DNA of 64,000 bases from Nitrosopumilus sp. (GTDB lineage: Archaea > Thermoproteota > Nitrososphaeria > Nitrososphaerales > Nitrosopumilaceae), in assembly GCA_965249555.1 (NCBI GenBank), contig OZ252243.1, forward strand, positions 1,568,001-1,632,000, given 5' to 3'. The notes below the pieces were generated by a model. The model saw only the letters and a program-made list of their open reading frames with translations, ran no database searches and was not told where the DNA came from. Below, one piece after another: positions 1 to 15,000 of the stretch; the first letter of the stretch is position 1; each line of letters begins with the position of its first letter. The position numbers and the translations under genes are program-made.

Positions 1-1
1 G

Positions 2-3000
2 CCTCCACAGCCCGAGGTCCAGGAATACAGGCTGTACAGGAACGGCGCCCTCGTAGTTGCTACTGGCGAGCTGTCTTACACTGACACCGGACTGGATTCT
101 AACACAGCTTACACTTATCACATCGAGTCACACAATGACGTCTCCACAACAAGTGACCGGTCTGCAGATTTGGATGTAACTACGCTTATAGAGCCACCCA
201 GACTTGTGGCAGGGGAGATCACCACTACAAGCGTAGAGCTTACATGGGATGCAGTAGCCGGCGCCAATGATTATGTCCTGTACCGAGATGGAGTAAATAT
301 AGCATTAGTTACTGGCACAACGCACAAGGTCACTGGACTGGCTGCCGGAACGGAATATTCCTTTACTGCCGAGTCGCGTCATCTTAATTTTTTGACAAGC
401 CCGCTATCCTCACCGCTATCCGTAAGGACAGTCCCTGACACTCCGGCACTCCGTGTTACGGGTACTACTTTTGACACTATAACATTATCATGGAGCCCGG
501 TAAATGGTGCCGCAAGCTATACTCTGACCCGGGTTGTCGAAGGTGATGATGTGACGGTGTTCTCAGGCGACGCACTGACTGCCACTGATGAGAACCTGAG
601 CCCTGCAACATCCTACAATTATATAATTACGGCTACAACTTCTGGCGGGACAAGCGCTCCCTCTGCCGAGTTTGCTGCAAGTACTGCATCGGCAGTTCCT
701 ATAATCACAACATCATCTCAAATTGTCAATACGCCATCAATCACGATTGCCGGTACAGCTGAATCTGGGAAAACAGTGGAACTATTCCAGGGAGAAACAT
801 CAGCTGGTACGACAACTGCCGATGGAACAGGCGCCTTCTCATTTGAAGTTACGCTGGCTGATGGTGCCAACTCTTTCACTGCAACGGCATCTGATGGAAC
901 CGATACGTCTGTACCATCATCACCTATAGTCATTACACTTGATACTGAAAAACCGTTAATCACGGTATTAGGTTCTGATGAAACAATAGAGCTGACTGCA
1001 GCCGACACTTACGCCGAACCTGGCGCCACCGTAGAAGATAATGACCCTGCTTACTCTGAGGACGTGACAGTTGCAGGCAATACCCCTGACACCAGCGTTA
1101 TAAGAGTATACACCGTAACGTATAATGCACCAGCTGATGCGGCAGGCAACGAGCCGGACCAACAGTCAATTACAATTACCGTATCTGACACCACCCCTCC
1201 GACCTTTGACGTTGATGGTCACACAACTAACTATGCAACTACAGTGCCGTTTGCAGGAACATACACCCAAGGTATAATTGCCAACGAATCTGACATTTCA
1301 GGAATTGCATCTGGCACAGTTGGCGGCAAATCAGTAAACGTTCATGTCTCAGCAGAGTATGCCGTAACTTACACTGTAACTGACAACAATGGACAGGCCG
1401 CAACAATCACTGAAACCGTTACGGTGGGGGATGATGAAGAAAAGCCAGTAATTACACCATTAGGATCCAGTGAGACAATCATAGTATCTGAAACCGACAC
1501 TTACACGGAACCTGACGCCACTGTAAAAGATAATGACCCTGCTTACTCTGAGGACGTGACAGTTGCAGGTGATACTCCTGACACCAGTGTTGTAGGGGAA
1601 TATACCGTATTGTATACTGCGCCAGCCGATGCGGCAGGCAACATACCCGATGAAAAATCAATTGTAATTTCCATAGTCGATCCCCCAACTTCCCCGCCTG
1701 CCACCATTCGAACACTCAGCGTTTCATCTACTACCCATGACAGCATCACCCTCTCATGGGATGCAGTGGCCACTGCCGCAAGTTACACCGTGACCCGAAT
1801 CGTTGATGGCGGTCCTGATGTAGAGGTGGCATCTGAAATCACTGAACTGACTGCCACTGATGAGAACCTAGCTGCCGATACAACGTACAAGTATACCATC
1901 AAGGCGATAAATTCTGCCGGGGCAAGTACCTCTCTGGAGTTCTCTCTAAATACTGCTGCGATACCAGCCGCACCTGCGGCACCCGTACTTTCTGTAACCT
2001 CTACCACTGATACAACCGTATCATTCTCATGGGGTGCAGTGGAGGGTGCCGACAGCTACACCCTGACCCGGGTCGTTGCAGACGGTTCTGACGTGCCGGT
2101 GCCGACAACCCCTGAACTTACTGCCACTGATGAGAACCTGGCCCCCGAAACATCTTACAATTATATAATTACGGCGACAAATGCCGGCGGGACAACCCCT
2201 TCTGCCACGTTTGAGGCAACCACGTCTGCTCCACCTGCGCCTGCCACTCCCGTATTCAGCACTGTTGTATCTGCCACTCATAACAGCATAAATCTCTCAT
2301 GGAGTGCAGTGGCCGGTGCCGACAGCTACACGCTGACCAGGGTCGCTGAGAGCGGCAACAATGTCAGGGTGTTCTCAGGTGACGCACTGACTTTTACCAA
2401 TGCCGGACTGGATCCTGATACAGCTTACAATTATATCATTATGGCAACAAACTCTGCAGGTACAAGTGAACCATCTGACCAGTTTACTGCAACTACATCT
2501 ACTGCGCCTCCAACCCTTGTTATACATGATACCCCCACACTTGTTGCCGGAATAATCACCTATAATACCGTCAACCTCTCATGGGACGAACCGGCCGGGG
2601 CCGACAGCTACATCCTGACCAGGACTGCCGGCACAGACACGACAGAGATACCGGTCATCGGGGGAACGCACGCAGATGATACCTTGGAACCTACAACACA
2701 ATACACCTATTCCGTAAAGGCAGTGTCTGCATCTGGAGACAGTGCCGATTCTAATGATGTCATCGCAACCACGATTCCGGTACCCATACTGCCTACCACG
2801 CCAACTTATGCAGTCGACCAGTCTGCAATCGTTGGAACCTCTTTTGAGATTATCAGAATTGATGATGATACCATAACAGTATCCTTTGATGCCATCAATG
2901 ACGGGGAATATTATGTCCAGTGGGGAGAATCAGAGACTAGCCCCACTACCATAACAGGTGGCAACAGTGCATCTGTCCAAATTCCTATTGACGACTATGC

Positions 3001-6000
3001 CGGCGTTGTCATCTTGTTCTTTGAGGATAACGAGGTTGCAAGGCAGCAGGTACCTGCCGTAACAAGCCCGATCAAAGACGGTACCCTGTCAGTCACTGAT
3101 GATGCAGACGGAATCATAACCGTATCACTTACACCGGCATTTGCCGGCACATTTTCTGTCGGCACCCATTCCCTGGATTCTGAAAAAATTCCCGGCGTAC
3201 CGGATACCACGATAGTGATTACCCTGGATGTCGGCCATGGCTTTGCCGAGGATGTCTTGGTTTCATTCAATAATATTATAGTTGCAAAGGTATTCGTAAC
3301 GACTGTCCCTGAGACCCCGGCGCTTGTCCTGGGAGCCGTCACCGGTACCAGCATTGCTCTTTCATGGGGTTCGGTGGATAATGCCGATAGCTACACCCTG
3401 ACCAGAACCGCTGATGGCACTGATGTAATAATAGTATCAGGCAACGTATTGACTTTCACTGATGAGGGTCTTGCTGCCGGAACCAATTACGTGTATGCCA
3501 TTACGGCGACAACGCCTGAGGGCAGAACAAGTGCCACTTCTGCAGATCTTGCAGTGACTATCGGCTCTGCTGCGCAATCCTTTGACGTCATAGCAGACGG
3601 TGATGATGCATCCATATCCTTTACACCGCTAGTACCTGGCGATTTCACGATTGGATACGGCGATGATTCATCTAATGATATTACTGTCACCATTGCATCT
3701 GATGAGGTGGACGAGCCATCAACCACTCCAGTAACAGTCGGCTATAATTTTAACGGCCCGGTCACTCTCTCCCTTGATAATGATATTATTGGCAGGGTAT
3801 TGCTAGTCACCGAGCCTCCTCCTACCGCGCTTGATGCAACGGCAGTCACCGATACGAGCATCATCCTTGCATGGCCTTCGCAGCCCGAGGTCCAGGAATA
3901 CAGGCTGTACAGGAACGGCGCCCTCGTAGTTGCTACCGGCGAGCTGTCCTACACTGACACCGGACTGGCTGCTGAAACGGTTTACATTTATCACATCGAG
4001 TCACACAATGACATCTCCACGACAAGTGACCAGTCTGCCAATCTGATCGCATCCACGGGTTCGGCTGCAGCACCTGGCACGCCAGCTGAGATACCTGCAA
4101 TAGAATCAGGCTCTTTTGGTGTTACGGCCGGCGTTGATGATGCGACTGCATCATTTGTACCATTAAGGTCCGGCGATTTCATAATCGGATATGGCACTGA
4201 TCAGAGCGTTACTGTCACCATTGCAGGTGACGCATTAGGCAAGGCATCAACCACCACGGTACCGGTCGGGGATGGTTATGATGGCCCGGTCACCCTGACA
4301 TTTGACGGTGAGCAAGTCGGCACGGTACCTGTAAGGGCCGGAATCACAAATGATACAGAAAAACCGGTAATCACACCAACAGGATCTACTCAAACAATAG
4401 AGCTGACTGCAGCCGACACTTACACCGAACCTGGCGCCACCGTAAAAGATAATGACCCTGCCTACTCTGAGAAAGTGACAGTTGCAGGCGATACCCCTGA
4501 CACCAGCGTTATAGGGGAATACACCGTATTGTATAATGCGCCAGCTGATGCGGCAGGCAACGAACCGGACCAACAGTCAATTGCAATTACCGTATCTGAT
4601 ACCACTCCGCCAGCCTTTGACGTTGATGGTCACACAACTGACTATGCAACTACAGTGCCGTTTGCAGGAACATACACCCAAGGTATAATTGCCAACGAAT
4701 CTGACATTTCAGGAATTGCATCCAGTGTTGTAGGTGGTAACTCGGTAGATGTTAATGTCCCAGGACAATACGCCGTAACTTATACTGTAACTGACGGCAA
4801 TGAACAAGTCGCAACAATCACTGAGACTGTCACGGTAGAACCTGATGCAGAAAAGCCAGTTATCACACCTATGGGATCTACCCGGACAATAGAACTGACT
4901 GCAACCAACACTTACGCGGAACTTGGTGCCACCGTAACTGACAATGACCGAGATTACTCTGGAACAGTAACAGTTACAGGTGATAAGCCTAACACCGGTG
5001 CTGTAGGAGTATACATCGTAACATACACTGCGCCAGCCGATGCGGCAGGCAACGAACCGGATCCACAATCAATTGTAATTTCTGTGGTTGATACCCCGGT
5101 ACCAACTGGAATAACTTACACGGAAGGCCAGACGGCAATCGAGGAAGGCTCTCTTGGTTATACGCTAAATGATCCGGGAAATACGATATCCGTGGACTTT
5201 AAGCCACTAAAGGCAGGCACGTACAAGTTTCAATATGGCGTCTCCTTTTCTAATGTCCAAGTTTCGGAAGCTGAGATAGGTGAAAATAAACGCCTTCTAA
5301 TCCACGGCATAGGTTATAATTATAATGCCGATATTGTCATTTCACTTGGCAGTACCGAGGTTGCAAGTGTATCTGTAGCGACCGGGCCTGCACCTCCCGT
5401 ACTTTCTGTAGGGGCAGTCACTGACACAAGTATAGCATTTTCATGGGGTGCAGTGACTGGTGCTACACACTATAATGTGTATAGGGATGGCATTGTACAA
5501 GGAAGAGATATCGGAGTGACATCATTCGCGGATACTGGTCTGACTCCTGGAACAGAGTACGCATATCATGTCATAGCATTCAATGGTCTTGCGGCAAGTG
5601 CCAGTTCTAATGTTGAGTCTGTAACTACAACTGGAACTGCACCTGTTACAATACCTGACACTCCCACACTTAGTATTGTAGCTACTACTCATAACAGCAT
5701 AGAGCTCTCATGGACTGCAGTGGAGAATGCCGACAGTTACACTTTAACCAGAATTGTTGATGGCGATGATAATGTACCAGTGCCAACAACTGATGCATTG
5801 TCTGCCACTGATACTGGCTTGTCTGCTGCAACTGATTACAAGTATGTCATTACGGCAACAAATTCTGATGGGACAAGTGATCCTTCTGCAGAGTTTGATG
5901 CAAGGACTGGTGATTCTCCAACATACACCATCGACCATACTCTTCATATTGACGGAGATAAAGTAGTTATAACCTTCACATCGTCACACACCGATGATTT

Positions 6001-9000
6001 TACAATTGAATTTGATGGTGGTCGTACCATTGGCTTTAGAATTGATGATGCAGCCGTCCCATACATTCACACAGAAACAGTCGGGTATGATTATGATGGC
6101 AATGTTAGTATTTTCCTTGGCCTTGACGAAGTTGCAAAGTTACCTGTAACTACTGGGTCTGAACCAACTGTAACAGCTGTAAGAAATGCTGATAATTCCG
6201 TTACAGTATCCTGGAGTAATATAGAAACTAGTATCACCAATGAATATGTTCTTACTATTAGTGACGGTAGTAGTGATTCTGATACTTTCACTCCATCTGG
6301 AGCATCAAATCAACATACTATCAGTACTACTCGTACCATCGATCTAAACGATGCTAATGAAGTTTGTGTAAAGGGTGTTGGTGTAGATAATAAAATATGT
6401 GAACCTGTACCTGAAGCATTTGATATAACAGCACCAGTAATCACAGTAACAGGATCTGATACAACAATAGAGTTAACTGCAACTGACACCTACACTATAC
6501 CTGGCGCTACTGTAGCTGATAATGACCCAAATTACTCTGAAACAGTAGCAGTTACAGGTGATACACCTGACACCAGTAGTATAGGAGTCTACACCGTATT
6601 GTATGATGCGCCAAATGATGCGGCAGGTAACAAACCAGAACAAGAATCAATTACAATTACCGTAGTTGATACCACACCGCCAACCTTTGATGTCAATGGC
6701 AACACAGATGACTATTCCACTGCAGTACCATTTGGCGAAACATACACACCAGGTGCAATTGCCAATGCATTTGATATCTCAGGAATTGTATCTAGTGACG
6801 TTGGCGGTGACACAGTAAATGTCAACACTTCTAGAGACTATGTTGTAACTTATACTGTAACTGACAGCAATGGACGAACCACAACAATCACTGAAACTGT
6901 AACAGTAGGACCTGATGTTACAGCACCAGCAGTTCCTGAAATCACCACCTCACCTGCAACTGTCAATACACCATCATTCACGATTGATGGTACGGCTGAG
7001 GCCGGGACAACTGTAGCACTATTCAATGGAGGAACATCAGTTGATACCGTAATTGCTGATTCAGGTAGTTTCTCATTTACAGTTACACTGACTGAGGGTG
7101 AGAACTCATTCACTGTAACAGCGTCTGATGGACCAAACACATCTGACGCATCACCAGCTATAGTCATTACACTTGATACTATACCACCGGAAGCTCCTAT
7201 AATCACCACACCACCTGCAACTGTCAATACACCATCATTCACGATTGAAGGTACGGCTGAGGCCGGGACAACTGTAGCACTATTCAATGGAGTGACACCA
7301 GCTGGTACGACAACTGCCGATGGTTCAGGGAATTTCTCATTTACAGTTACACTGACTGATGGTGAGAACGCATTCACTGCAACAGCATCTGATGGACCAA
7401 ACACATCTGACGCATCACCAGCTATAGTCATTACACTTGATACCATACCACCGGAAGCTCCTGAAATTACCACCTCACCTGCAACTGTCAATACACCATC
7501 ATTCACGATTGAAGGTACGGCTGAAGCCGGGACAACTGTAGAACTGCTCAAGGGAGGAACATCAACTGGTGATACAGTAGCTGCTGATGGTGACGGGAAT
7601 TTCTCATTTACAGTTACACTGACTGATGGTGAGAACTCATTCACTGCAACGGCGTCTGATGGACCAAACACATCTGCTGCATCACCAGCTATAGTCATTA
7701 CACTTGATACCATACCACCGGAAGCTCCTGAAATTACCACCTCACCTGCAACTGTCAATACATCATCATTCACGATTGAAGGTACGGCTGAAGCCGGGAC
7801 AACTGTAGCACTGCTTAAGGGAGCAACATCAACTGGTGATACAGTAACTGCTGATTCGGGATCTTTCTCATTTACAGTTACACTGACTGATGGTGAGAAC
7901 TCATTCACTGCAACGGCGTCTGATGGACCAAACACATCTGCATCATCATCACCTGTACTCATTACGCTTGATACCACAGCACCAGCAGTTCCTGCAATTA
8001 CCACACCACCTGCAACTGTCAATACACCATCAATCACGATTGATGGTACGGCTGAAGCTGGGTCAACTGTGGAACTGTTCCGTGGAGTAACAACAGTTGA
8101 TACAGTAACTGCTGATTCGGGATCTTTCTCATTTACAGTTACACTGACTGATGGTGAGAACTCATTCACTGCAACGGCGTCTGATGGACCAAACACATCT
8201 GACGCATCATCACCTGTACTCATTACACTTGATACCATAGCACCAGCAGTTCCTGAAATTACCACCTCACCTGCAACTGTCAATACATCATCATTCACGA
8301 TTGATGGTACGGCTGAAGCTGGGTCAACTGTGGAACTGTTCCGTGGAGTAACATCTGTTGATACAGTAACTGCTGATTCGGGATCTTTCTCATTTACAGT
8401 TACACTGACTGATGGTGAGAACTCATTCACTGCAACGGCGTCTGATGGACCAAACACATCTGACGCATCATCACCTGTACTCATTACACTTGATACCATA
8501 CCACCGGAAGCTCCTGAAATTACCACCTCACCTGCAACTGTCAATACACCATCATTCACGATTGATGGTACGGCTGAGGCCGGGACAACTGTAGCACTGC
8601 TCAAGGGAGCAACATCAACTGGTGATACAGTAGCTGCTGATTCGGGATCTTTCTCATTTACAGTTACACTGACTGATGGTGAGAACTCATTCACTGCAAC
8701 GGCGTCTGATGGACCAAACACATCTGACGCATCATCACCTGTACTCATTACACTTGATACCATAGCACCAGCAGTTCCTGAAATTACCACCTCACCTGCA
8801 ACTGTCAATACATCATCATTCACGATTGAAGGTACGGCTGAAGCCGGGACAACTGTAGCACTGCTTAAGGGAGCAACATCAACTGGTGATACAGTAACTG
8901 CTGATTCAGGATCTTTCTCATTTACAGTTACACTGACTAAGGGTGCCAACTCATTCACTGTAACAGCGTCTGATGGACCAAACACATCTGCATCATCATC

Positions 9001-12000
9001 ACCTGTACTCATTACGCTTGATACCACAGCACCAGCAGTTCCTGCAATTACCACACCACCTGCAACTGTCAATACACCATCAATCACGATTGATGGTACG
9101 GCTGAAGCTGGGTCAACTGTGGAACTGTTCCGTGGAGTAACAACAGTTGATACAGTAACTGCTGATTCGGGATCTTTCTCATTTACAGTTACACTGACTG
9201 ATGGTGAGAACTCATTCACTGCAACGGCGTCTGATGGACCAAACACATCTGCTGCATCACCAGCTATAGTCATTACACTTGATACCATACCACCGGAAGC
9301 TCCTGAAATTACCACCTCACCTGCAACTGTCAATACACCATCATTCACGATTGAAGGTACGGCTGAGGCCGGGACAACTGTAGCACTGCTCAAGGGAGCA
9401 ACATCAACTGGTGATACAGTAACTGCTGATTCGGGATCTTTCTCATTTACAGTTACACTGACTAAGGGTGCCAACTCATTCACTGTAACAGCGTCTGATG
9501 GACCAAACACATCTGCATCATCATCACCTGTACTCATTACGCTTGATACCACAGCACCAGCAGTTCCTGCAATTACCACACCACCTGCAACTGTCAATAC
9601 ACCATCAATCACGATTGATGGTACGGCTGAAGCTGGGTCAACTGTGGAACTGTTCCGTGGAGTAACATCTGTTGATACAGTAACTGCTGATTCGGGATCT
9701 TTCTCATTTACAGTTACACTGACTGATGGTGAGAACTCATTCACTGCAACGGCGTCTGATGGACCAAACACATCTGCTGCATCACCAGCTATAGTCATTA
9801 CACTTGATACCATACCACCGGAAGCTCCTGAAATTACCACCTCACCTGCAACTGTCAATACACCATCAATCACGATTGATGGTACGGCTGAAGCTGGGTC
9901 AACTGTGGAACTGTTCCGTGGAGTAACATCTGTTGATACAGTAACTGCTGATTCGGGATCTTTCTCATTTACAGTTACACTGACTGATGGTGAGAACTCA
10001 TTCACTGCAACGGCGTCTGATGGACCAAACACATCTGACGCATCATCACCTGTACTCATTACACTTGATACCATAGCACCAGCAGTTCCTGAAATTACCA
10101 CCTCACCTGCAACTGTCAATACATCATCATTCACGATTGAAGGTACGGCTGAAGCCGGGACAACTGTAGCACTGCTTAAGGGAGCAACATCAACTGGTGA
10201 TACAGTAACTGCTGATTCAGGATCTTTCTCATTTACAGTTACACTGACTAAGGGTGCCAACTCATTCACTGTAACAGCGTCTGATGGACCAAACACATCT
10301 GCATCATCATCACCTGTACTCATTACGCTTGATACCACAGCACCAGCAGTTCCTGCAATTACCACACCACCTGCAACTGTCAATACACCATCATTCACGA
10401 TTGATGGTACGGCTGAAGCTGGGTCAACTGTGGAACTGTTCCGTGGAGTAACAACAGTTGATACAGTAACTGCTGATTCGGGATCTTTCTCATTTACAGT
10501 TACACTGACTGATGGTGAGAACTCATTCACTGCAACGGCGTCTGATGGACCAAACACATCTGCTGCATCACCAGCTATAGTCATTACACTTGATACCATA
10601 CCACCGGAAGCTCCTGAAATTACCACCTCACCTGCAACTGTCAATACACCATCATTCACGATTGAAGGTACGGCTGAGGCCGGGACAACTGTAGCACTGC
10701 TCAAGGGAGCAACATCAACTGGTGATACAGTAACTGCTGATTCGGGATCTTTCTCATTTACAGTTACACTGACTAAGGGTGCCAACTCATTCACTGTAAC
10801 AGCGTCTGATGGACCAAACACATCTGCATCATCATCACCTGTACTCATTACGCTTGATACCACAGCACCAGCAGTTCCTGCAATTACCACACCACCTGCA
10901 ACTGTCAATACACCATCAATCACGATTGATGGTACGGCTGAAGCTGGGTCAACTGTGGAACTGTTCCGTGGAGTAACATCTGTTGATACAGTAACTGCTG
11001 ATTCGGGATCTTTCTCATTTACAGTTACACTGACTGATGGTGAGAACTCATTCACTGCAACGGCGTCTGATGGACCAAACACATCTGCTGCATCACCAGC
11101 TATAGTCATTACACTTGATACCATACCACCGGAAGCTCCTGAAATTACCACCTCACCTGCAACTGTCAATACACCATCATTCACGATTGAAGGTACGGCT
11201 GAAGCCGGGACAACTGTAGCACTGCTTAAGGGAGCAACATCAACTGGTGATACAGTAGCTGCTGATGGTGACGGGAATTTCTCATTTACAGTTACACTGA
11301 CTAAGGGTGCCAACTCATTCACTGTAACAGCGTCTGATGGACCAAACACATCTGCATCATCATCACCTGTACTCATTACGCTTGATACCACAGCACCAGC
11401 AGTTCCTGCAATTACCACACCACCTGCAACTGTCAATACACCATCAATCACGATTGATGGTACGGCTGAGGCCGGGACAACTGTGGAACTGCTCAAGGGA
11501 GGAACATCAACTGGTGATACAGTAGCTGCTGATGGTGACGGGAATTTCTCATTTACAGTTACACTGACTGATGGTGAGAACTCATTCACTGCAACGGCGT
11601 CTGATGGACCAAACACATCTGCTGCATCACCAGCTATAGTCATTACACTTGATACCATACCACCGGAAGCTCCTGAAATTACCACCTCACCTGCAACTGT
11701 CAATACATCATCATTCACGATTGAAGGTACGGCTGAAGCCGGGACAACTGTAGCACTGCTTAAGGGAGCAACATCAACTGGTGATACAGTAACTGCTGAT
11801 TCGGGATCTTTCTCATTTACAGTTACACTGACTGATGGTGAGAACTCATTCACTGCAACGGCGTCTGATGGACCAAACACATCTGCTGCATCATCACCTG
11901 TACTCATTACACTTGATACCATAGCACCAGCAGCTCCTGAAATTACCACCTCACCTGCAACTGTCAATACACCATCATTCACGATTGAAGGTACGGCTGA

Positions 12001-15000
12001 AGCCGGGACAACTGTAGAACTGCTCAAGGGAGGAACATCAACTGGTGATACAGTAACTGCTGATTCGGGATCTTTCTCATTTACAGTTACACTGACTAAG
12101 GGTGCCAACTCATTCACTGTAACAGCGTCTGATGGACCAAACACATCTGCATCATCATCACCTGTACTCATTACGCTTGATACCACAGCACCAGCAGTTC
12201 CTGAAATTACCACCTCACCTGCAACTGTCAATACACCATCAATCACGATTGATGGTACGGCTGAAGCTGGGTCAACTGTGGAACTGTTCCGTGGAGTAAC
12301 ATCTGTTGATACAGTAACTGCTGATTCGGGATCTTTCTCATTTACAGTTACACTGACTGATGGTGAGAACTCATTCACTGCAACGGCGTCTGATGGACCA
12401 AACACATCTGACGCATCATCACCTGTACTCATTACACTTGATACCATAGCACCAGCAGTTCCTGAAATTACCACCTCACCTGCAACTGTCAATACATCAT
12501 CATTCACGATTGAAGGTACGGCTGAAGCCGGGACAACTGTAGCACTGCTTAAGGGAGCAACATCAACTGGTGATACAGTAACTGCTGATTCAGGATCTTT
12601 CTCATTTACAGTTACACTGACTAAGGGTGCCAACTCATTCACTGTAACAGCGTCTGATGGACCAAACACATCTGCATCATCATCACCTGTACTCATTACG
12701 CTTGATACCACAGCACCAGCAGTTCCTGCAATTACCACACCACCTGCAACTGTCAATACACCATCAATCACGATTGATGGTACGGCTGAAGCTGGGTCAA
12801 CTGTGGAACTGTTCCGTGGAGTAACAACAGTTGATACAGTAACTGCTGATTCGGGATCTTTCTCATTTACAGTTACACTGACTGATGGTGAGAACTCATT
12901 CACTGCAACGGCGTCTGATGGACCAAACACATCTGCTGCATCACCAGCTATAGTCATTACACTTGATACCATACCACCGGAAGCTCCTGAAATTACCACC
13001 TCACCTGCAACTGTCAATACACCATCATTCACGATTGAAGGTACGGCTGAGGCCGGGACAACTGTAGCACTGCTCAAGGGAGCAACATCAACTGGTGATA
13101 CAGTAGCTGCTGATGGTGACGGGAATTTCTCATTTACAGTTACACTGACTGATGGTGAGAACTCGTTTACTGCAACGGCGTCTGATGGACCAAACACATC
13201 TGACGCATCACCAGCTATAGTCATTACACTTGATATCATAGCACCAGTAATCACAGTTGATAAAGATTCATTCTCCGTTGAACTTGGAGAAACATACACA
13301 GCATTCACCTATTCTGCAAATGATAACACTGACGGGGATATCACAGATAATGTAGTTGTTGGAGATACAGTTGATACCAGTGTAGATAATACTTACAATG
13401 TAACCTTTGATGTGGATGATGCGGCTGGAAACCATGCAGTAACAGTAACCAGGACAGTCACAGTTACACCTGATGCCACGGTGCCAACCATCACAGTCAA
13501 TGAGGATTCGCTCTCCGTCGAGCTTGGAGGAACGTACGAGCTATTCACCTTTACTGCAAATGATAATACTGACGGGATTATCACCGGTGAGGTAGCTGTT
13601 GCTGGATATCCAGCTGATACCGATACGATTGGAACCTATGATGTTACCTTTGATGTGGATGATGCGGCCGGAAACCATGCAGTAACAGTAACTAGAACAG
13701 TTACAGTTACAGCTGATACCACAGCACCATCTATCACAGTCAATGAGGAATCATTCTCCGTTGAACTTGGAGAAACATACACGCCATTCACCTTTACTGC
13801 AACTGATAATATTGATGGGGATATCTCAAGTAAGGTAACTGTTGGTGGGGATACAGTTGATACCGGTACGATTGGAACATATGATGTTACCTTTGATGTA
13901 GTTGATGCAGCTGGAAACCCTGCAGTTACAGTAACTAGAACAGTTACAGTTACAGATCCCGAAGCACCAACTCTACCTGATACAGAAAAACCAGTTATCA
14001 CACCAGCAGGATCTAGTGAAACAATTGAGTTAATTGCAACCAACACTTACACAGAACAAGGCGCTACTGTAGAAGATAATGACCTAGCCTACTCTGAAAC
14101 AGTAACAGTCTCTGGTGATACACCTGACACCAGTAGTATAGGAGAATACACCGTATTGTATGATGCACCAGATGATGCGGCAAATAACACACCAGACCAA
14201 AAATCAATTACAATTACCGTAGTTGATACCACAGCACCAACCTTTGATGTTGATGGTAACACAGGTGACTATTCCACTACAGTACCATTTGGCGAAACAT
14301 ACACCCCAGGTGTAATTGCCAATGCATTTGATATCTCAGGAACTGCACCTGGTATAGTTGGCGGTGAAACAGTCAATGTCGACACTTCTAGAGAATATGT
14401 TGTAACTTATACCGTAACTGACAACAATGGACAAGTCGCAACAATCACTGAAACTGTAACAGTAGAATCTGATATCACAGCACCAGCAGTTCCTGCAATT
14501 ACCACACCATCTGCAACTGTTGGCTCAACACCAATCACAATTGTTGGTACAGCTGAAATTGGGTCAACTGTGGAACTGTTCCGTGGAGGAACATCAGTTG
14601 ATACGACAACTGCCGATGGTTCAGGGAATTTCTCATTTACAGAAGTTGCACTAGATGAAGGTGAGAACTCTTTTACTGCAACGGCATCTGATGGAGTCAA
14701 CACATCTGCTGCATCACCATCTATAGTCATTACACTTGATACAACACCAGCTGGTGGCATCGCTAGTGTAACTCCTGGAACTGAAACACCAAAGAAAAAA
14801 GGTGGAGATTCTAATGAATGGAAAACAAAGCCAACCTTTGGCAAACATTGGAATAATCAAGCAGTACAGCTAGTTGATGACGGCTTTGTCTTTAATGGCA
14901 TGCCATTAACCATTACAAACAACTGGCACACTGACTTTAATATGACTAGCAGCATTATTGGTGAGGACAATACAGTCCACATCAAAGGCTATGCAACAAA

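Noticed and set aside
170-172. TTG start of the first giant ORF
   Set aside because: The frame is open from position 2 and the sequence is internal to a block duplicated in the second gene. The real start lies upstream of the window.
6850-13308. 2152-aa antisense ORF and many smaller antisense ORFs over the giant genes
   Set aside because: Codon-register shadow of a repetitive T/D/A/V-rich sense gene. One stop-free antisense unit repeated 24 times gives a long ORF with no independent features.
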